Assembly (NCBI GenBank): GCA_035289845.1
Contig: DATDWB010000048.1
Coordinates: 1-57,457, forward strand
DNA length: 57,457 nucleotides
Direction: 5' to 3'
Source: Candidatus Nanoarchaeia archaeon
Lineage (GTDB): Archaea; Nanobdellota; Nanobdellia; Woesearchaeales; GW2011-AR9
The stretch's first letter is position 1. Each line of letters starts with the position of its first letter. Below, one piece after another: positions 48,279 to 57,317 of the stretch. The notes under the pieces were generated by a model. The model saw only the letters and a program-made list of their open reading frames with translations. It searched no databases and was not told the DNA's origin. Position numbers and translations under genes: made by a program.

Positions 48279-49097
48279 ATGTATCAATCCTGTTACACCC
48301 CTGGCCGATCCGGCTCATTAGAATACCTTGCTAGAAATGCGGTAAGTTATTCCCCCGGAATAGAATCAATCAGATTCAGTTATTCTTACCAGTCTAGTTC
48401 CAGCTGCCAGGTTGATTTTTCTAATTTCAGACTTTCCAGTTCTTATAATGGATTAAACAGCACCTCTATCAATAAAGATTCAAACCACCCTAAACCTACA
48501 CCTCCCAGCTATTCCAATCTTTTCCCTACCCATACTGAATATCACTTCCAGCCGGATAATTTCCTTAAACCTGGCTCCAAGAGCAAGTTTGTAGGTCAGG
48601 CAGAAGAAATTAGAGAATTTATTGAAGAAGCTTTCACTAAAATGTTTGATCAGCCATTCCCCTCCAACATTAAAGTTAGTGTTTTAAACAAAGAAAATTT
48701 TAGTCAAATAAGTAACTCCCCGGGTACAATCGGCTTGTCAATCAACCGCGGGCAGCAAGGTCTAATCTCCGAAATATTCGTGCTTAACGATTATTTGGCT
48801 AGGGTTATGCTGACTTTTGGCCACGAATTGGGACATGTCTTAACCCCAACCTTAACTAATCCTAAGGATGAAGAAGCCAAGGCTTACGCTTTTTCCTTAT
48901 TGTGGATGCAAGCAGTTAAAGAAAACAACATTGCTAACCTGGGTTCAGCCATTATATTAGAAAACCCCGCTCTAAACGGACTACATGACGTGGCTTTTTC
49001 TTTCCTTCAACAATCAATTAATGCTGGTAAAGCTGTAGATGAGATTTATGCTGACTTGATAGCTGGATCAATATCAATCAAGAGGGATCTATTTTAG
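48279..49097 (+). CDS. Putative zinc metalloprotease-like protein (HExxH) with a Ser-rich N-terminal region
   Basis: FGHELGHVLTP contains HELGH followed by DEEAKAY. The N-terminal ~90 aa are S/Y/P-rich and low in complexity. Confidence 0.45.
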   Translation: MYQSCYTPGRSGSLEYLARNAVSYSPGIESIRFSYSYQSSSSCQVDFSNFRLSSSYNGLNSTSINKDSNHPKPTPPSYSNLFPTHTEYHFQPDNFLKPGSKSKFVGQAEEIREFIEEAFTKMFDQPFPSNIKVSVLNKENFSQISNSPGTIGLSINRGQQGLISEIFVLNDYLARVMLTFGHELGHVLTPTLTNPKDEEAKAYAFSLLWMQAVKENNIANLGSAIILENPALNGLHDVAFSFLQQSINAGKAVDEIYADLIAGSISIKRDLF

Positions 49098-49674
49098 AAT
49101 CAATACTGGTAATTTTTTTAAGTTTTTGTTCTAAATCTTGTCTCTTTTTCCAAATATATTTACTAAGGGCTAACCTTCTTGCTCCTCGTTCTATCATTTT
49201 AGCCGCTAGACCAATTGCCCCCCCCACAACACCCGCTCCAACTGCCCCTTCCAAGGTAACTGGAAGATCAGACATTAATTTATCAACAGATACCCCCGCC
49301 GCGCCTAGAAGAGCCGAGTATAAAACTTTTGGACTTTTAATTATCTCCAGATAGGTTTCGTCAATTTTAGGTGAATTGCATCTTAACTTTTTTCCATAAA
49401 CATCGATTCCATTTACGTACAAAAAATGAGTTGAAGTTAGATAGCTAGTTTGAGAAGAAGTTAATCCCTTGCCAGCTAACATCTTTTGTAATGAAACAAC
49501 ATCTACCGAATGATCATCGGATTTAATTTTATTTTCCACCCAGTTGCCTAAATTAGATAATTCCTCACTTACTAAATCTAGGTTTTTCTTTTCTGTCCTA
49601 TAACGCCAATAAGTGTAAGCTGCGCCGGCTAACGTCAAGGTTCCTAAAAGACCATACATCTGCTCTCCATCCAT
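49078..49674 (-). CDS. Hypothetical membrane protein (N-terminal TM and C-terminal glycine-zipper segment)
   Basis: YGLLGTLTLAGAAYTYW and GAVGAGVVGGAIGLAA. Confidence 0.4.
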   Translation of the reverse strand: MDGEQMYGLLGTLTLAGAAYTYWRYRTEKKNLDLVSEELSNLGNWVENKIKSDDHSVDVVSLQKMLAGKGLTSSQTSYLTSTHFLYVNGIDVYGKKLRCNSPKIDETYLEIIKSPKVLYSALLGAAGVSVDKLMSDLPVTLEGAVGAGVVGGAIGLAAKMIERGARRLALSKYIWKKRQDLEQKLKKITSIDSKIDPS

Positions 49675-49759
49675 AGTTAAATCTACACCTTTCCCTTTTT
49701 AAATATATTCCACTAATTTAACAATAACTATAAATTTAAGCCTATTTTACCTAAACAAA

Positions 49760-50383
49760 ATGATCAGCCAACTTATTCCTATTTTCGGCTCGCGGACTAA
49801 ATCCCAGGAAATTTTTTTACTTTTAGAAAATTTAAAACCAGTAGTTAGACAGGGTTTTTATCCCTCTGAACTTCCGGCAGTAGAAAAATTTTGTTGGCAG
49901 AATAAACTTCACCTATCCCAATCTAAGTATAAAGTTCTGTTAGCCGATCAAACAGATTATTCCAATAAAGGGATTAAAATTCCAAACAACGATCCCCGCC
50001 AGGGAATGACTTGGACCTACATCTCCAAAGAAGAACCAAAAGTTCTACTCGCCGAATATTATGAGTTGATAAATAACCATCAAGCTTTGGGCCAGATATT
50101 AGGTTATCCCGCCTGCTGTGTTAATTATTTTAAACAACAGTTTAACATCAGCAACACTAATTTGCAGCTCCCCCCATCCAACCCCTGGACCAACCTAACT
50201 TTACGCGATCAAGATTATGTAATTTTATCCCATTTTCCCTGCAGTTCAGATTGCGAAGCTAGCATTGAACTGGCTAAAAAATATTTTTCCTTGCTGGTTA
50301 GAAAAGATAAATCCTGGGCGGAGGAATTATTTAGGAGATTGAATTATAAATCTAAAACCCCGCAGCCAGCTGGCGGGGTATAA
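49760..50383 (+). CDS. Hypothetical Cys-containing protein (207 aa)
   Basis: LGYPACCVNYF and HFPCSSDCEAS motifs. The last ~9 codons (KTPQPAGGV) are encoded by repeat copy c. Confidence 0.45.
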   Translation: MISQLIPIFGSRTKSQEIFLLLENLKPVVRQGFYPSELPAVEKFCWQNKLHLSQSKYKVLLADQTDYSNKGIKIPNNDPRQGMTWTYISKEEPKVLLAEYYELINNHQALGQILGYPACCVNYFKQQFNISNTNLQLPPSNPWTNLTLRDQDYVILSHFPCSSDCEASIELAKKYFSLLVRKDKSWAEELFRRLNYKSKTPQPAGGV

Positions 50384-50393
50384 AATCATAAAT
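50354..50393. repeat. GC-rich hairpin repeat family, copy c (aaaaccccgcagccagctggcggggtataaaatcataaat)
   Basis: See 47518-47557. A degenerate partial copy (gcagagctgcggagtat) follows near 50411-50427. Confidence 0.8.
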
Positions 50394-50725
50394 AAAAAAT
50401 CCCAATCACAGCAGAGCTGCGGAGTATTTAATTAGTTGGAATTTTTTAATCTGCATAAAAAGCATCTGCTTTTTGGCACACAGGAAACTTTGTTTCCTCG
50501 TGTTAACTGTGGTAATCATTAATTAATCGTTGCAGAGCACACAATGAAGCAATGACTTCATTGGTGTCCCGATGAAATCGTTGTTTCATCACGGACAACG
50601 GGGTATCAAACCCAGTTAAGAAATGATAATTAGAAAAAAATCTAAAAATAAGTTTGTAAACAAATCGTCTTTGGTATATATCCATTAAGCGAAAGCTTTA
50701 AAAATATTTTTGCTGAAGCAATTAG

Positions 50726-50956
50726 GTGATGGATGAATACCCAGTTGAAAAAGATGGTGAAAGGTTAGATGGTGAGGAATACTCCACTTCTGAAGAAGGT
50801 TTTATCCAAGGATACCTAAATGAAGAAGATGTCCAGCAATGCGCCGAATGCGACTCCGCTTTGCACAAGGATGAGGTAGTAACCAGAAAAATTCAGGAAG
50901 AAGCCTACAAGTTCTGCTCCAATGATTGTGCAGATGATTTTGAGGATAGTTTTTAA
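50726..50956 (+). CDS. TRASH-domain (C-x2-C-x21-C-x3-C) small acidic protein
   Basis: CAEC-21 residues-CSNDC fits the TRASH metal-binding spacing exactly. Confidence 0.6.
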   Translation: MMDEYPVEKDGERLDGEEYSTSEEGFIQGYLNEEDVQQCAECDSALHKDEVVTRKIQEEAYKFCSNDCADDFEDSF

Positions 50957-51077
50957 ACCCTAATCTAAGACCAAAAGTAGAACCAATCAGACTGACAACC
51001 TAGTTGTATCTATCTGTTGCTATATGAATTATAAAATTAAGGCAGAGCCAAATTTTGGCAAAACTTTTTAAAGCAGA

Positions 51078-51653
51078 ATGTTATTTTGGATAGCTATGAA
51101 AGAGCCGGACCCCGAGAATCCTCACTTAAGCAAGAACGATCAAGAAGTTCTTAAAAACATTATCCAATCTGCCAAACTGCCCGACACGGACATTGCTAAG
51201 AAAATGGGTCTGTCGCCGCAAGCTGTATTCAAGATTCGGCATAAACTGGAAAGCCGGGGGATAATCAAAGGCTACCAGCCAATTCTAGACTTAAAAAAAT
51301 TAGGTATAAAAGTCATGGCCCTGCTGGTGATAAAGCTAACTTCTGAAGTCTGGAATACTTATACCGACCGGGAAATTTCCCAACGAATAAAACAGATACC
51401 TTATGTGATTAATGCCTACCGGGTTCTGGAAGCAGATGCTAGCCACATATTAATTATGGGCTTCCGTGACTTGGAGCAGATGGATATGTATTTGGCTAAA
51501 ATCCAAACTAAATTTTCTCAGGAAGTTATAATTAAGGAAATAATTCCTTTTTCTACCGAAAAGGTAATTTCCGAATCGCCAGTTGGTCTGTTGTATGAGA
51601 TTCTAGATAAAAAAGAATTTCCTCTCGATGAATTTTTTCTTAAAAAGAAATAA
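51078..51653 (+). CDS. Lrp/AsnC-family transcriptional regulator
   Basis: LSKNDQEVLKNIIQSAKLPDTDIAKKMGLSPQAVFKIRHKLESRGIIKGY HTH followed by a RAM-like alpha/beta domain. Confidence 0.7.
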   Translation: MLFWIAMKEPDPENPHLSKNDQEVLKNIIQSAKLPDTDIAKKMGLSPQAVFKIRHKLESRGIIKGYQPILDLKKLGIKVMALLVIKLTSEVWNTYTDREISQRIKQIPYVINAYRVLEADASHILIMGFRDLEQMDMYLAKIQTKFSQEVIIKEIIPFSTEKVISESPVGLLYEILDKKEFPLDEFFLKKK

Positions 51654-51660
51654 ACACAGA

Positions 51661-51810
51661 AATCCTGAAATCGCCTACCCACCGTTCGCTACGCTCACTC
51701 CGCAGCAAGCTGCGGGGTATTTTCGGCGATTTCTAACTCGGATTTCTGGTTATTCCTCGCTGAACCGTTGCAAGCAACGTGGTATTAGACCCAGCGAGTA
51801 ATAAATCAAA
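51661..51810. repeat. Cluster of nested GC-rich hairpins belonging to the ccgcagcaagctgcgg / ggggtat repeat family
   Basis: gaaatcgcc...ccgcagcaagctgcggggtattttcggcgatttc (outer and inner inverted repeats), then ctcgctg...gttgcaagcaac...cagcgag. Confidence 0.65.
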
Positions 51811-51912
51811 AAAGTTTAAATATTAAACCATTATCCACAGATAAGTTAAATTCAACCACCACACTATTTTATACTTAAATAACAAACATGACAACAATTA
51901 AAATAAACTTAT

Positions 51913-52056
51913 ATGGCCAAGAAAAATAATTCTTCCGGTAAGAAATCAAAATCGACTGAAAATGGCTATAATTGTCCAAAGTGCAAAGTTTTCGTTGAAG
52001 AGACCCAATTGGAGGGTCTATCTCTAATCTGTCCTTATTGCGGCAGTATAATGTGA
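51913..52056 (+). CDS. Small zinc-ribbon protein (47 aa; below the ORF-track cutoff)
   Basis: Read by eye: MAKKNNSSGKKSKSTENGYNCPKCKVFVEETQLEGLSLICPYCGSIM, with CPxC...CPxC. Its stop is 10 nt before the next ATG. Confidence 0.5.
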   Translation: MAKKNNSSGKKSKSTENGYNCPKCKVFVEETQLEGLSLICPYCGSIM

Positions 52057-52066
52057 GGTGCATAAA

Positions 52067-52381
52067 ATGAAAATAAATGAAACAAATATTAACGAAGAAA
52101 CTATGATTAAAGACCGTATAACTTTTGGAGACGAGGATGACGAAAATTGGTCCGACGGAGATGATGAGGACGAAGAAGAAGAGTATGAGGACGACGAGGA
52201 TGAGGACGAAGATAACGAGGATGATGATAAAGATGATAGTGATAAGTATGAAGATGAGGTAGAAGACGACTTAGAAGAAGAAGATGATGAGAACCAGGAA
52301 GAAGATGAGGATAAGAAGCCTAAAAAGTCCAAAAAGAAAAATCAAGATGATGATGATGATGACGAATATGATGATGATTAA
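52067..52381 (+). CDS. Extremely acidic D/E-rich protein (104 aa from ATG 52067)
   Basis: GAGGTG lies upstream of ATG 52067. The sequence is dominated by D/E runs, with one basic patch KKPKKSKKK. Confidence 0.5.
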   Translation: MKINETNINEETMIKDRITFGDEDDENWSDGDDEDEEEEYEDDEDEDEDNEDDDKDDSDKYEDEVEDDLEEEDDENQEEDEDKKPKKSKKKNQDDDDDDEYDDD

Positions 52382-52514
52382 AGAGTGATGTTCAAAAAAT
52401 GAGGTGAAAATAAATGGCTAAGAAGAAATCTAAAGCAAGTAAAAAGAAAAAATAAGCTCTTGTGTTTTCACAACTTTACAAAAAAGAGAGGTGATACCTA
52501 GAAGCATTAAAAAA

Positions 52515-52561
52515 GAAGAAGTGATTCTTCGGTTGACGGCCTCAACTAACTAATTTTTTTT
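52515..52561 (+). terminator. Two short hairpins followed by a T8 run, a candidate terminator for the Zn-ribbon/acidic-protein unit
   Basis: gaagaa-gtga-ttcttc and gttga-cggcc-tcaac, then taactaattttttttt. Confidence 0.35.
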
Positions 52562-52653
52562 ATTTATATTTAATTCTAAAAGTTAATGATCACCAAAACA
52601 GTTACTAAATTTTACCCAAACCTTTTAAAAACAAATCCTTATTTAAGCTAAAA

Positions 52654-52914
52654 ATGGAAAGAATAGATCTAAAACTGGTCCAGTTATTACTAGAACAGAA
52701 TATCACCAATGTTGAAATGGACCCTGGAGCTAAACTTTTAATAGTTTATGATCGAAATCAATTAGACCTACTCCATTCCGAGCTGCAAGGAACTGGTCTG
52801 AGCTTAACTACAGAAGGTGTTGCTTCCTTTAAGCATGATGACTGGATTATCGCCAGCGGACCTGCTCAACCTTTTTATAGGAGATATGAACAAAAAATAG
52901 CCCGAGCGTATTAG
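52654..52914 (+). CDS. Hypothetical protein (86 aa)
   Basis: ORF track only. Confidence 0.35.
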   Translation: MERIDLKLVQLLLEQNITNVEMDPGAKLLIVYDRNQLDLLHSELQGTGLSLTTEGVASFKHDDWIIASGPAQPFYRRYEQKIARAY

Positions 52915-52945
52915 TAATTAAGGTAAAAAGCCAGATAGAATCCTA

Positions 52946-55900
52946 CTAAGGCAGCATATTTTTCTCTCTTTGTCTAGCAAACAAGTAAACTGTGAGCAAG
53001 GAAATAATTAGTATTAACATTCCTATAAGTACATACTCCTTAGCCCCTATCGTCCCACCTTCCCCCGAAAGAGAAAATGCCCCCGTAAGCTGGTGATACC
53101 ATGGTTCCTTATTCCCTATTCCATCCCCCGATTCTTGGGGAGGACTTAATACCGCTAAACCTTGAATATTATTTGATTCTTTAACCTGACTCTCAGATCC
53201 ATCTACTTCTTCAGATAATTCAGACTCTAAAATTTCGCTGGACTCTTCTTCCAAAGTGTCAGCCGTGCTTGCACTAACCACGGAAGAACCACTTTCCGAA
53301 CTCCCCCCGCTACTGCTAGAACTACTTCCTCCCCCGTCTGAACCGCCGCCTCCGCCACCACCGCCGGATGAACCTCCTCCCGAAGAACCCCCGCCAGATC
53401 CGCCATCAGAACTTCCAGCTGGTACTGCTAGAGTAGTAAAATTAAATAGACCTTTAGTTGCGCAATTGCCGGCCCTATCACAGGAAGTAATATTATAAAA
53501 ATAAGTAGTATTAGCCGCCAGAGAATTTAAATCTAAACTATGACTGGATATAAACAGGATTTCAGAAACCTGTAATCCTAAAGATAAACCTAAACCATAA
53601 TTAATTTTAGAATCAGCTTGTTCATTGGTAACCCAATTAATCTCCCCGGAATCGACAGTAAGATCCTCAGCACTAACAGCGGAGATTATAGGAGAGGAAC
53701 CATCTACCACTATTGTCCTATTCAGATTTGAGAAAGATTGGTGTCCAACTATATCTTCCGCCATACAATTCCACAAATAACTTCCTTCATTCAAATTTGG
53801 GGTAAAAATAGTTTGATTAACCGTTCCAGTTAAATTCACAGTTTGGTTCAAAACCCAGGAAGAACCTAGGAGATATAACGAAATTGATCTTAAACCTACG
53901 GTATCAGTTGATGAACAACTAAATTCAACCGTGTGATCCGAAGTTTGATAATCGTTAGTAGGAGAAGACAAACTAACCACCGCGGGGTTTTGATCGATCC
54001 AAAAATTAGCGCTGATATAATTAAAAGATCCTTCCTCATTAGCTGCTGCAACTGAAAGAATATATTGGCCATCGGTCAAGTTAGAAATATCCACTGCATC
54101 ACTCCATATATAACCTGGCAGATGGATTGATGATTGCTGCCCGCTTTTGATTATAGCACCAGAAGAGTTAGTGATATTGTAAGAAGAAGAAGATATATTT
54201 TCTGCGCTAATGGAAACATTTAAGTTAAAGATACCCGGAAATTCAGTAAAATAAGTTCCATTTTCGGGGTAAAATATATTAATTTCTGGAACATTTCCGC
54301 TTACCACCACCGTTCTGATAACCGTTGATCCAAAATTATTTACTGAATCGTTCCCATAGACTTTATAACTGTAGGTCCCTGTAGATAAATCCTCCAACAC
54401 ATAATAAAAATTGGTTGAACTAGTGGAAGACATAGTTAAATTAATTACAGTTAAGTTGCTGGAATATAATTCTAATACTGCTGCTGATAAAGGCACATCA
54501 GAAGTTACATTAATCAAAATCGAACTGTTGAATACAACCAGCCCATTTTGAGCGCTGGCGGAAGTAAAGTTAAGATAGGGTTTCAAAGCAGCCGAGATAT
54601 CAATCCGATAAAAGGTAGTTCCAGAATCAGTCACTTCTTCTCCAGTCAACCTAAATTTTTCTTTAATCTGCACTGCCGTAGGAACTAAACCGTAAGCTAA
54701 GTTCCAATACTGCTTAAATAAAGCTGCCGCACCTGAAAAATGAGGTGCAGCCATGGAAGTCCCAGATAAGGAAGCAAAACCGCCATTGTAAGATGAAGTA
54801 ATTCCCGTGCCCGGTGCAAGCAGAGTTAACAAGTTGCCTCGATTATAAATTATTGAATCAGTACCGGTTACTGCCCCTACCGGAACAGAACCGCTTACAC
54901 ACGCGGGGGAAGAAATCCCATCAGTCCAACCGCTGTTTCCACTAGCTACCGCCACCGTTATTCCTAATTCTGCGGCGGTATTAATTGAATCCGCAGAGAA
55001 AAAAGTTTCGGCGCTGCTGTCACAAGCCGTCTGCCAATGGGTACAACTGCCGCCATTACAACCTAAACTTAAACTGATAACTGAAATATTATACCTAATA
55101 CTGTTATTTATACACCAATCTATTCCCGCTGCTAAACCGGAATCTGTTCCACTGCCGGTTGAACTTAATATTTTAACAGCCGCCAATTTTACTTCCGGAG
55201 CAACACCTTGGTAAACTGAATCAGCGGAAGAGATTATTCCGGCTACATGAGTACCATGGCCATTATCATCATAGGGATCACCATCACTGTTATAAAAATC
55301 CCAGCCGCCAATTACTTTGGGGCAGGAATTCCAATCATAAGCCATATTGGTGGTGCCATTTATCACCTGATCAATGTAAATTCCATAATCCGTGGTGTCA
55401 AAATCCGTTTCCCATTCTATATACAAAGTATCGCCTTCCCCAGCCGGCGTCCAAATATCATCCCGAGTACCGGAATAAGAAGCAATCAAATGGTGATCTT
55501 GATCATAGATATGAAGAAAGTCGTAATTACTTTCAATTCTTAATTGTTTAAAATGTAAAGCCAAGGAAGTGTAACCCGGTTTAGTTATAGTCCAATTATA
55601 AAAATGATTATTAGAATAAGGATGCTCCGATTCGATGGGATTAGACAGATTCTCAATTTCTCCAGTTAGAGTAAGTTGAACAATCGAACAATTTCCCAAC
55701 GCCGAATGAGTATAATCTATGCCCGTATCAATAACACATACGGTCTGTCCGGTTCCAGTTATATTTATTCCATTAATCTGAAAATTTTGCACTTCATCAG
55801 CTGAGATCTGAAGAATACTTTCATCTAAATTAACCGCCAGCGGATAATCATACTGGATTGCTTCCACATTAGGGTCGCGCAATAATTTTTTAAGTGAATT

Positions 55901-56269
55901 TTTAGTTATCTTGGCTGAAAAACCATTCAAGGTGTCATAACGATGCCCCAATTGAAACTCTTCCTCCGGTAATCGATTAATAACTCTATCCTGCTGCTGG
56001 TGAATAGCTTCTTTTCTCGATTCTAGATTTTCTTCCAAATATTCATTCCTGCCCCAATATTCAGTTGCAAGATTCGCATTAATAACTGTGGCCTCATCTT
56101 TCAATTTTACTAGAACATTTACTGTTCCCTCCTCATCTAATTGTTCTTTAACCTGTTGATCGACAACTACGGTAGAAGCAGCAGCTAAATTAATGGTTAG
56201 GGCAATACTAAATAGAATAATTATAATTAAACCTGGAGTTGAAGACCAAATTAATCGCTTTGATTTCAT
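52946..56269 (-). CDS. Cell-surface subtilisin-like serine protease (S8), with propeptide, a ~120-aa insert between catalytic Asp and His, Ig/Fn3-like repeats, a Gly/Ser linker and a C-terminal TM anchor
   Basis: Signal/TM at the N-terminus. Catalytic CVIDTGIDYTH (D), NGHGTHVAGI (H), SGTSMAAPHFSG (S). Fn3-like INWVTNEQADSKINYG...NTTYFYNITSCDRAGN. G/S tract. C-terminal LIGMLILIISLLTVYLFARQREK. Confidence 0.85.
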   Translation of the reverse strand: MKSKRLIWSSTPGLIIIILFSIALTINLAAASTVVVDQQVKEQLDEEGTVNVLVKLKDEATVINANLATEYWGRNEYLEENLESRKEAIHQQQDRVINRLPEEEFQLGHRYDTLNGFSAKITKNSLKKLLRDPNVEAIQYDYPLAVNLDESILQISADEVQNFQINGINITGTGQTVCVIDTGIDYTHSALGNCSIVQLTLTGEIENLSNPIESEHPYSNNHFYNWTITKPGYTSLALHFKQLRIESNYDFLHIYDQDHHLIASYSGTRDDIWTPAGEGDTLYIEWETDFDTTDYGIYIDQVINGTTNMAYDWNSCPKVIGGWDFYNSDGDPYDDNGHGTHVAGIISSADSVYQGVAPEVKLAAVKILSSTGSGTDSGLAAGIDWCINNSIRYNISVISLSLGCNGGSCTHWQTACDSSAETFFSADSINTAAELGITVAVASGNSGWTDGISSPACVSGSVPVGAVTGTDSIIYNRGNLLTLLAPGTGITSSYNGGFASLSGTSMAAPHFSGAAALFKQYWNLAYGLVPTAVQIKEKFRLTGEEVTDSGTTFYRIDISAALKPYLNFTSASAQNGLVVFNSSILINVTSDVPLSAAVLELYSSNLTVINLTMSSTSSTNFYYVLEDLSTGTYSYKVYGNDSVNNFGSTVIRTVVVSGNVPEINIFYPENGTYFTEFPGIFNLNVSISAENISSSSYNITNSSGAIIKSGQQSSIHLPGYIWSDAVDISNLTDGQYILSVAAANEEGSFNYISANFWIDQNPAVVSLSSPTNDYQTSDHTVEFSCSSTDTVGLRSISLYLLGSSWVLNQTVNLTGTVNQTIFTPNLNEGSYLWNCMAEDIVGHQSFSNLNRTIVVDGSSPIISAVSAEDLTVDSGEINWVTNEQADSKINYGLGLSLGLQVSEILFISSHSLDLNSLAANTTYFYNITSCDRAGNCATKGLFNFTTLAVPAGSSDGGSGGGSSGGGSSGGGGGGGGSDGGGSSSSSSGGSSESGSSVVSASTADTLEEESSEILESELSEEVDGSESQVKESNNIQGLAVLSPPQESGDGIGNKEPWYHQLTGAFSLSGEGGTIGAKEYVLIGMLILIISLLTVYLFARQREKNMLP

Positions 56270-56321
56270 GTTATCAGATGTTGCTTTATTACTTAATAAG
56301 ATATTATATTATTACTTGATT

Positions 56322-57266
56322 CTAAGTACTAATAGCTATACCCAGATTAGAGTTTGAATTATAAAGGTTGTTGGAATTCATAAGACTAACCCCTAAACCT
56401 TCTCCCACCTTAAATGATAAATCGGATAATACACTGGAAAGAATATCCAGCAAACCTACTGGCCGTTGATAAAGATAGTAGCTAACTTCCTCTAAGGAAT
56501 AAGTTTGCTGCAAATATTTAGTTATTGCATCTTTATCCCCTAAACTATCAACTAATCCTAAATTTAAAGCCTCTACCCCAAGATAAAATTCACCGGTAGC
56601 TAAATTCTGTACTTCTACGATATCCATTTGCCTATTTTCAGCTACCTCCTGAATAAAAAAATCGTGGATTTGATCCAATTTTCCCTGCATTAATTTTTGC
56701 TGAGCAGGATTTAATTTTTGATAAGGTGTTCCCATATCTTTATTTTCGCCGGCAACTAACCGTTCATAACCTACACCATAATCTTCCATCAAACCGCTGA
56801 ATTCCAAATAGGAAGAAATAACCCCTATACTTCCCGTGATAGACATCCGATTAGCCATAACATAGTCTGCTGCGGAGGCAATCCAATATCCACCCGAAGC
56901 ACCCATTTCCCTGATAATAGCCACTACTGGTTTAGAGGTTCGTTTTACTGCCGCCGCAATTTCATCTGAAGCTACCGCTGAACCGCCGGGGGAATTTATT
57001 TCTAATAAAATTACCTTAAACTGCTCATTATTATCTGCATCTTCAATAAATTCAATAATTTCTGAAGAAGATACGGTAGCTGATCCCAACATACTGCCTG
57101 TTTCCGAGCTTATGACTCCTTTAATTTGAATTAGTGCCACGTTGCCGAGATTATATTGAGAAAAAAAAGAAGAAATTATTGGTATAATAACAAAAACTAA
57201 CAGCAAAAAAATACCAATGCCTAAGAAAATAAATCTAGCAATACCTCTATCTTTTCTCTTTTTCAT
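56322..57266 (-). CDS. sppA: Signal peptide peptidase SppA (S49, 36K type)
   Basis: N-terminal TM, EINSPGGSAVASDEIA, MGASGGYWIASAADYV (Ser nucleophile region). Confidence 0.85.
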   Translation of the reverse strand: MKKRKDRGIARFIFLGIGIFLLLVFVIIPIISSFFSQYNLGNVALIQIKGVISSETGSMLGSATVSSSEIIEFIEDADNNEQFKVILLEINSPGGSAVASDEIAAAVKRTSKPVVAIIREMGASGGYWIASAADYVMANRMSITGSIGVISSYLEFSGLMEDYGVGYERLVAGENKDMGTPYQKLNPAQQKLMQGKLDQIHDFFIQEVAENRQMDIVEVQNLATGEFYLGVEALNLGLVDSLGDKDAITKYLQQTYSLEEVSYYLYQRPVGLLDILSSVLSDLSFKVGEGLGVSLMNSNNLYNSNSNLGIAIST

Positions 57267-57317
57267 TAGTTAAAATTAAATTATTGAGGTATATAAATGT
57301 TTTTGAGGTCGCCAAAA

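Noticed and set aside
50503-50685. 60-aa minus-strand ORF, and several small hairpins in the 50.39-50.72 kb spacer considered as a possible structured ncRNA (5S, SRP or RNase P)
   Set aside because: None of the conserved 5S, SRP or RNase P sequence blocks are recognisable by eye, and the ORF has no support. A covariance-model scan would be needed before calling anything here.
52024-52332. 102-aa poly-Ser ORF on the minus strand
   Set aside because: It is the mirror-image reading of the GAn-rich repeats that encode the D/E-rich protein on the + strand. The + strand ORF has a GAGGTG ribosome-binding site and follows the zinc-ribbon gene. Strand-specific RNA data would settle the question.
53256-53498. 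80-aa Pro-rich ORF on the + strand
   Set aside because: It is antisense to the Gly/Ser linker of the subtilase gene and is a compositional artefact of the GC-rich repeat.
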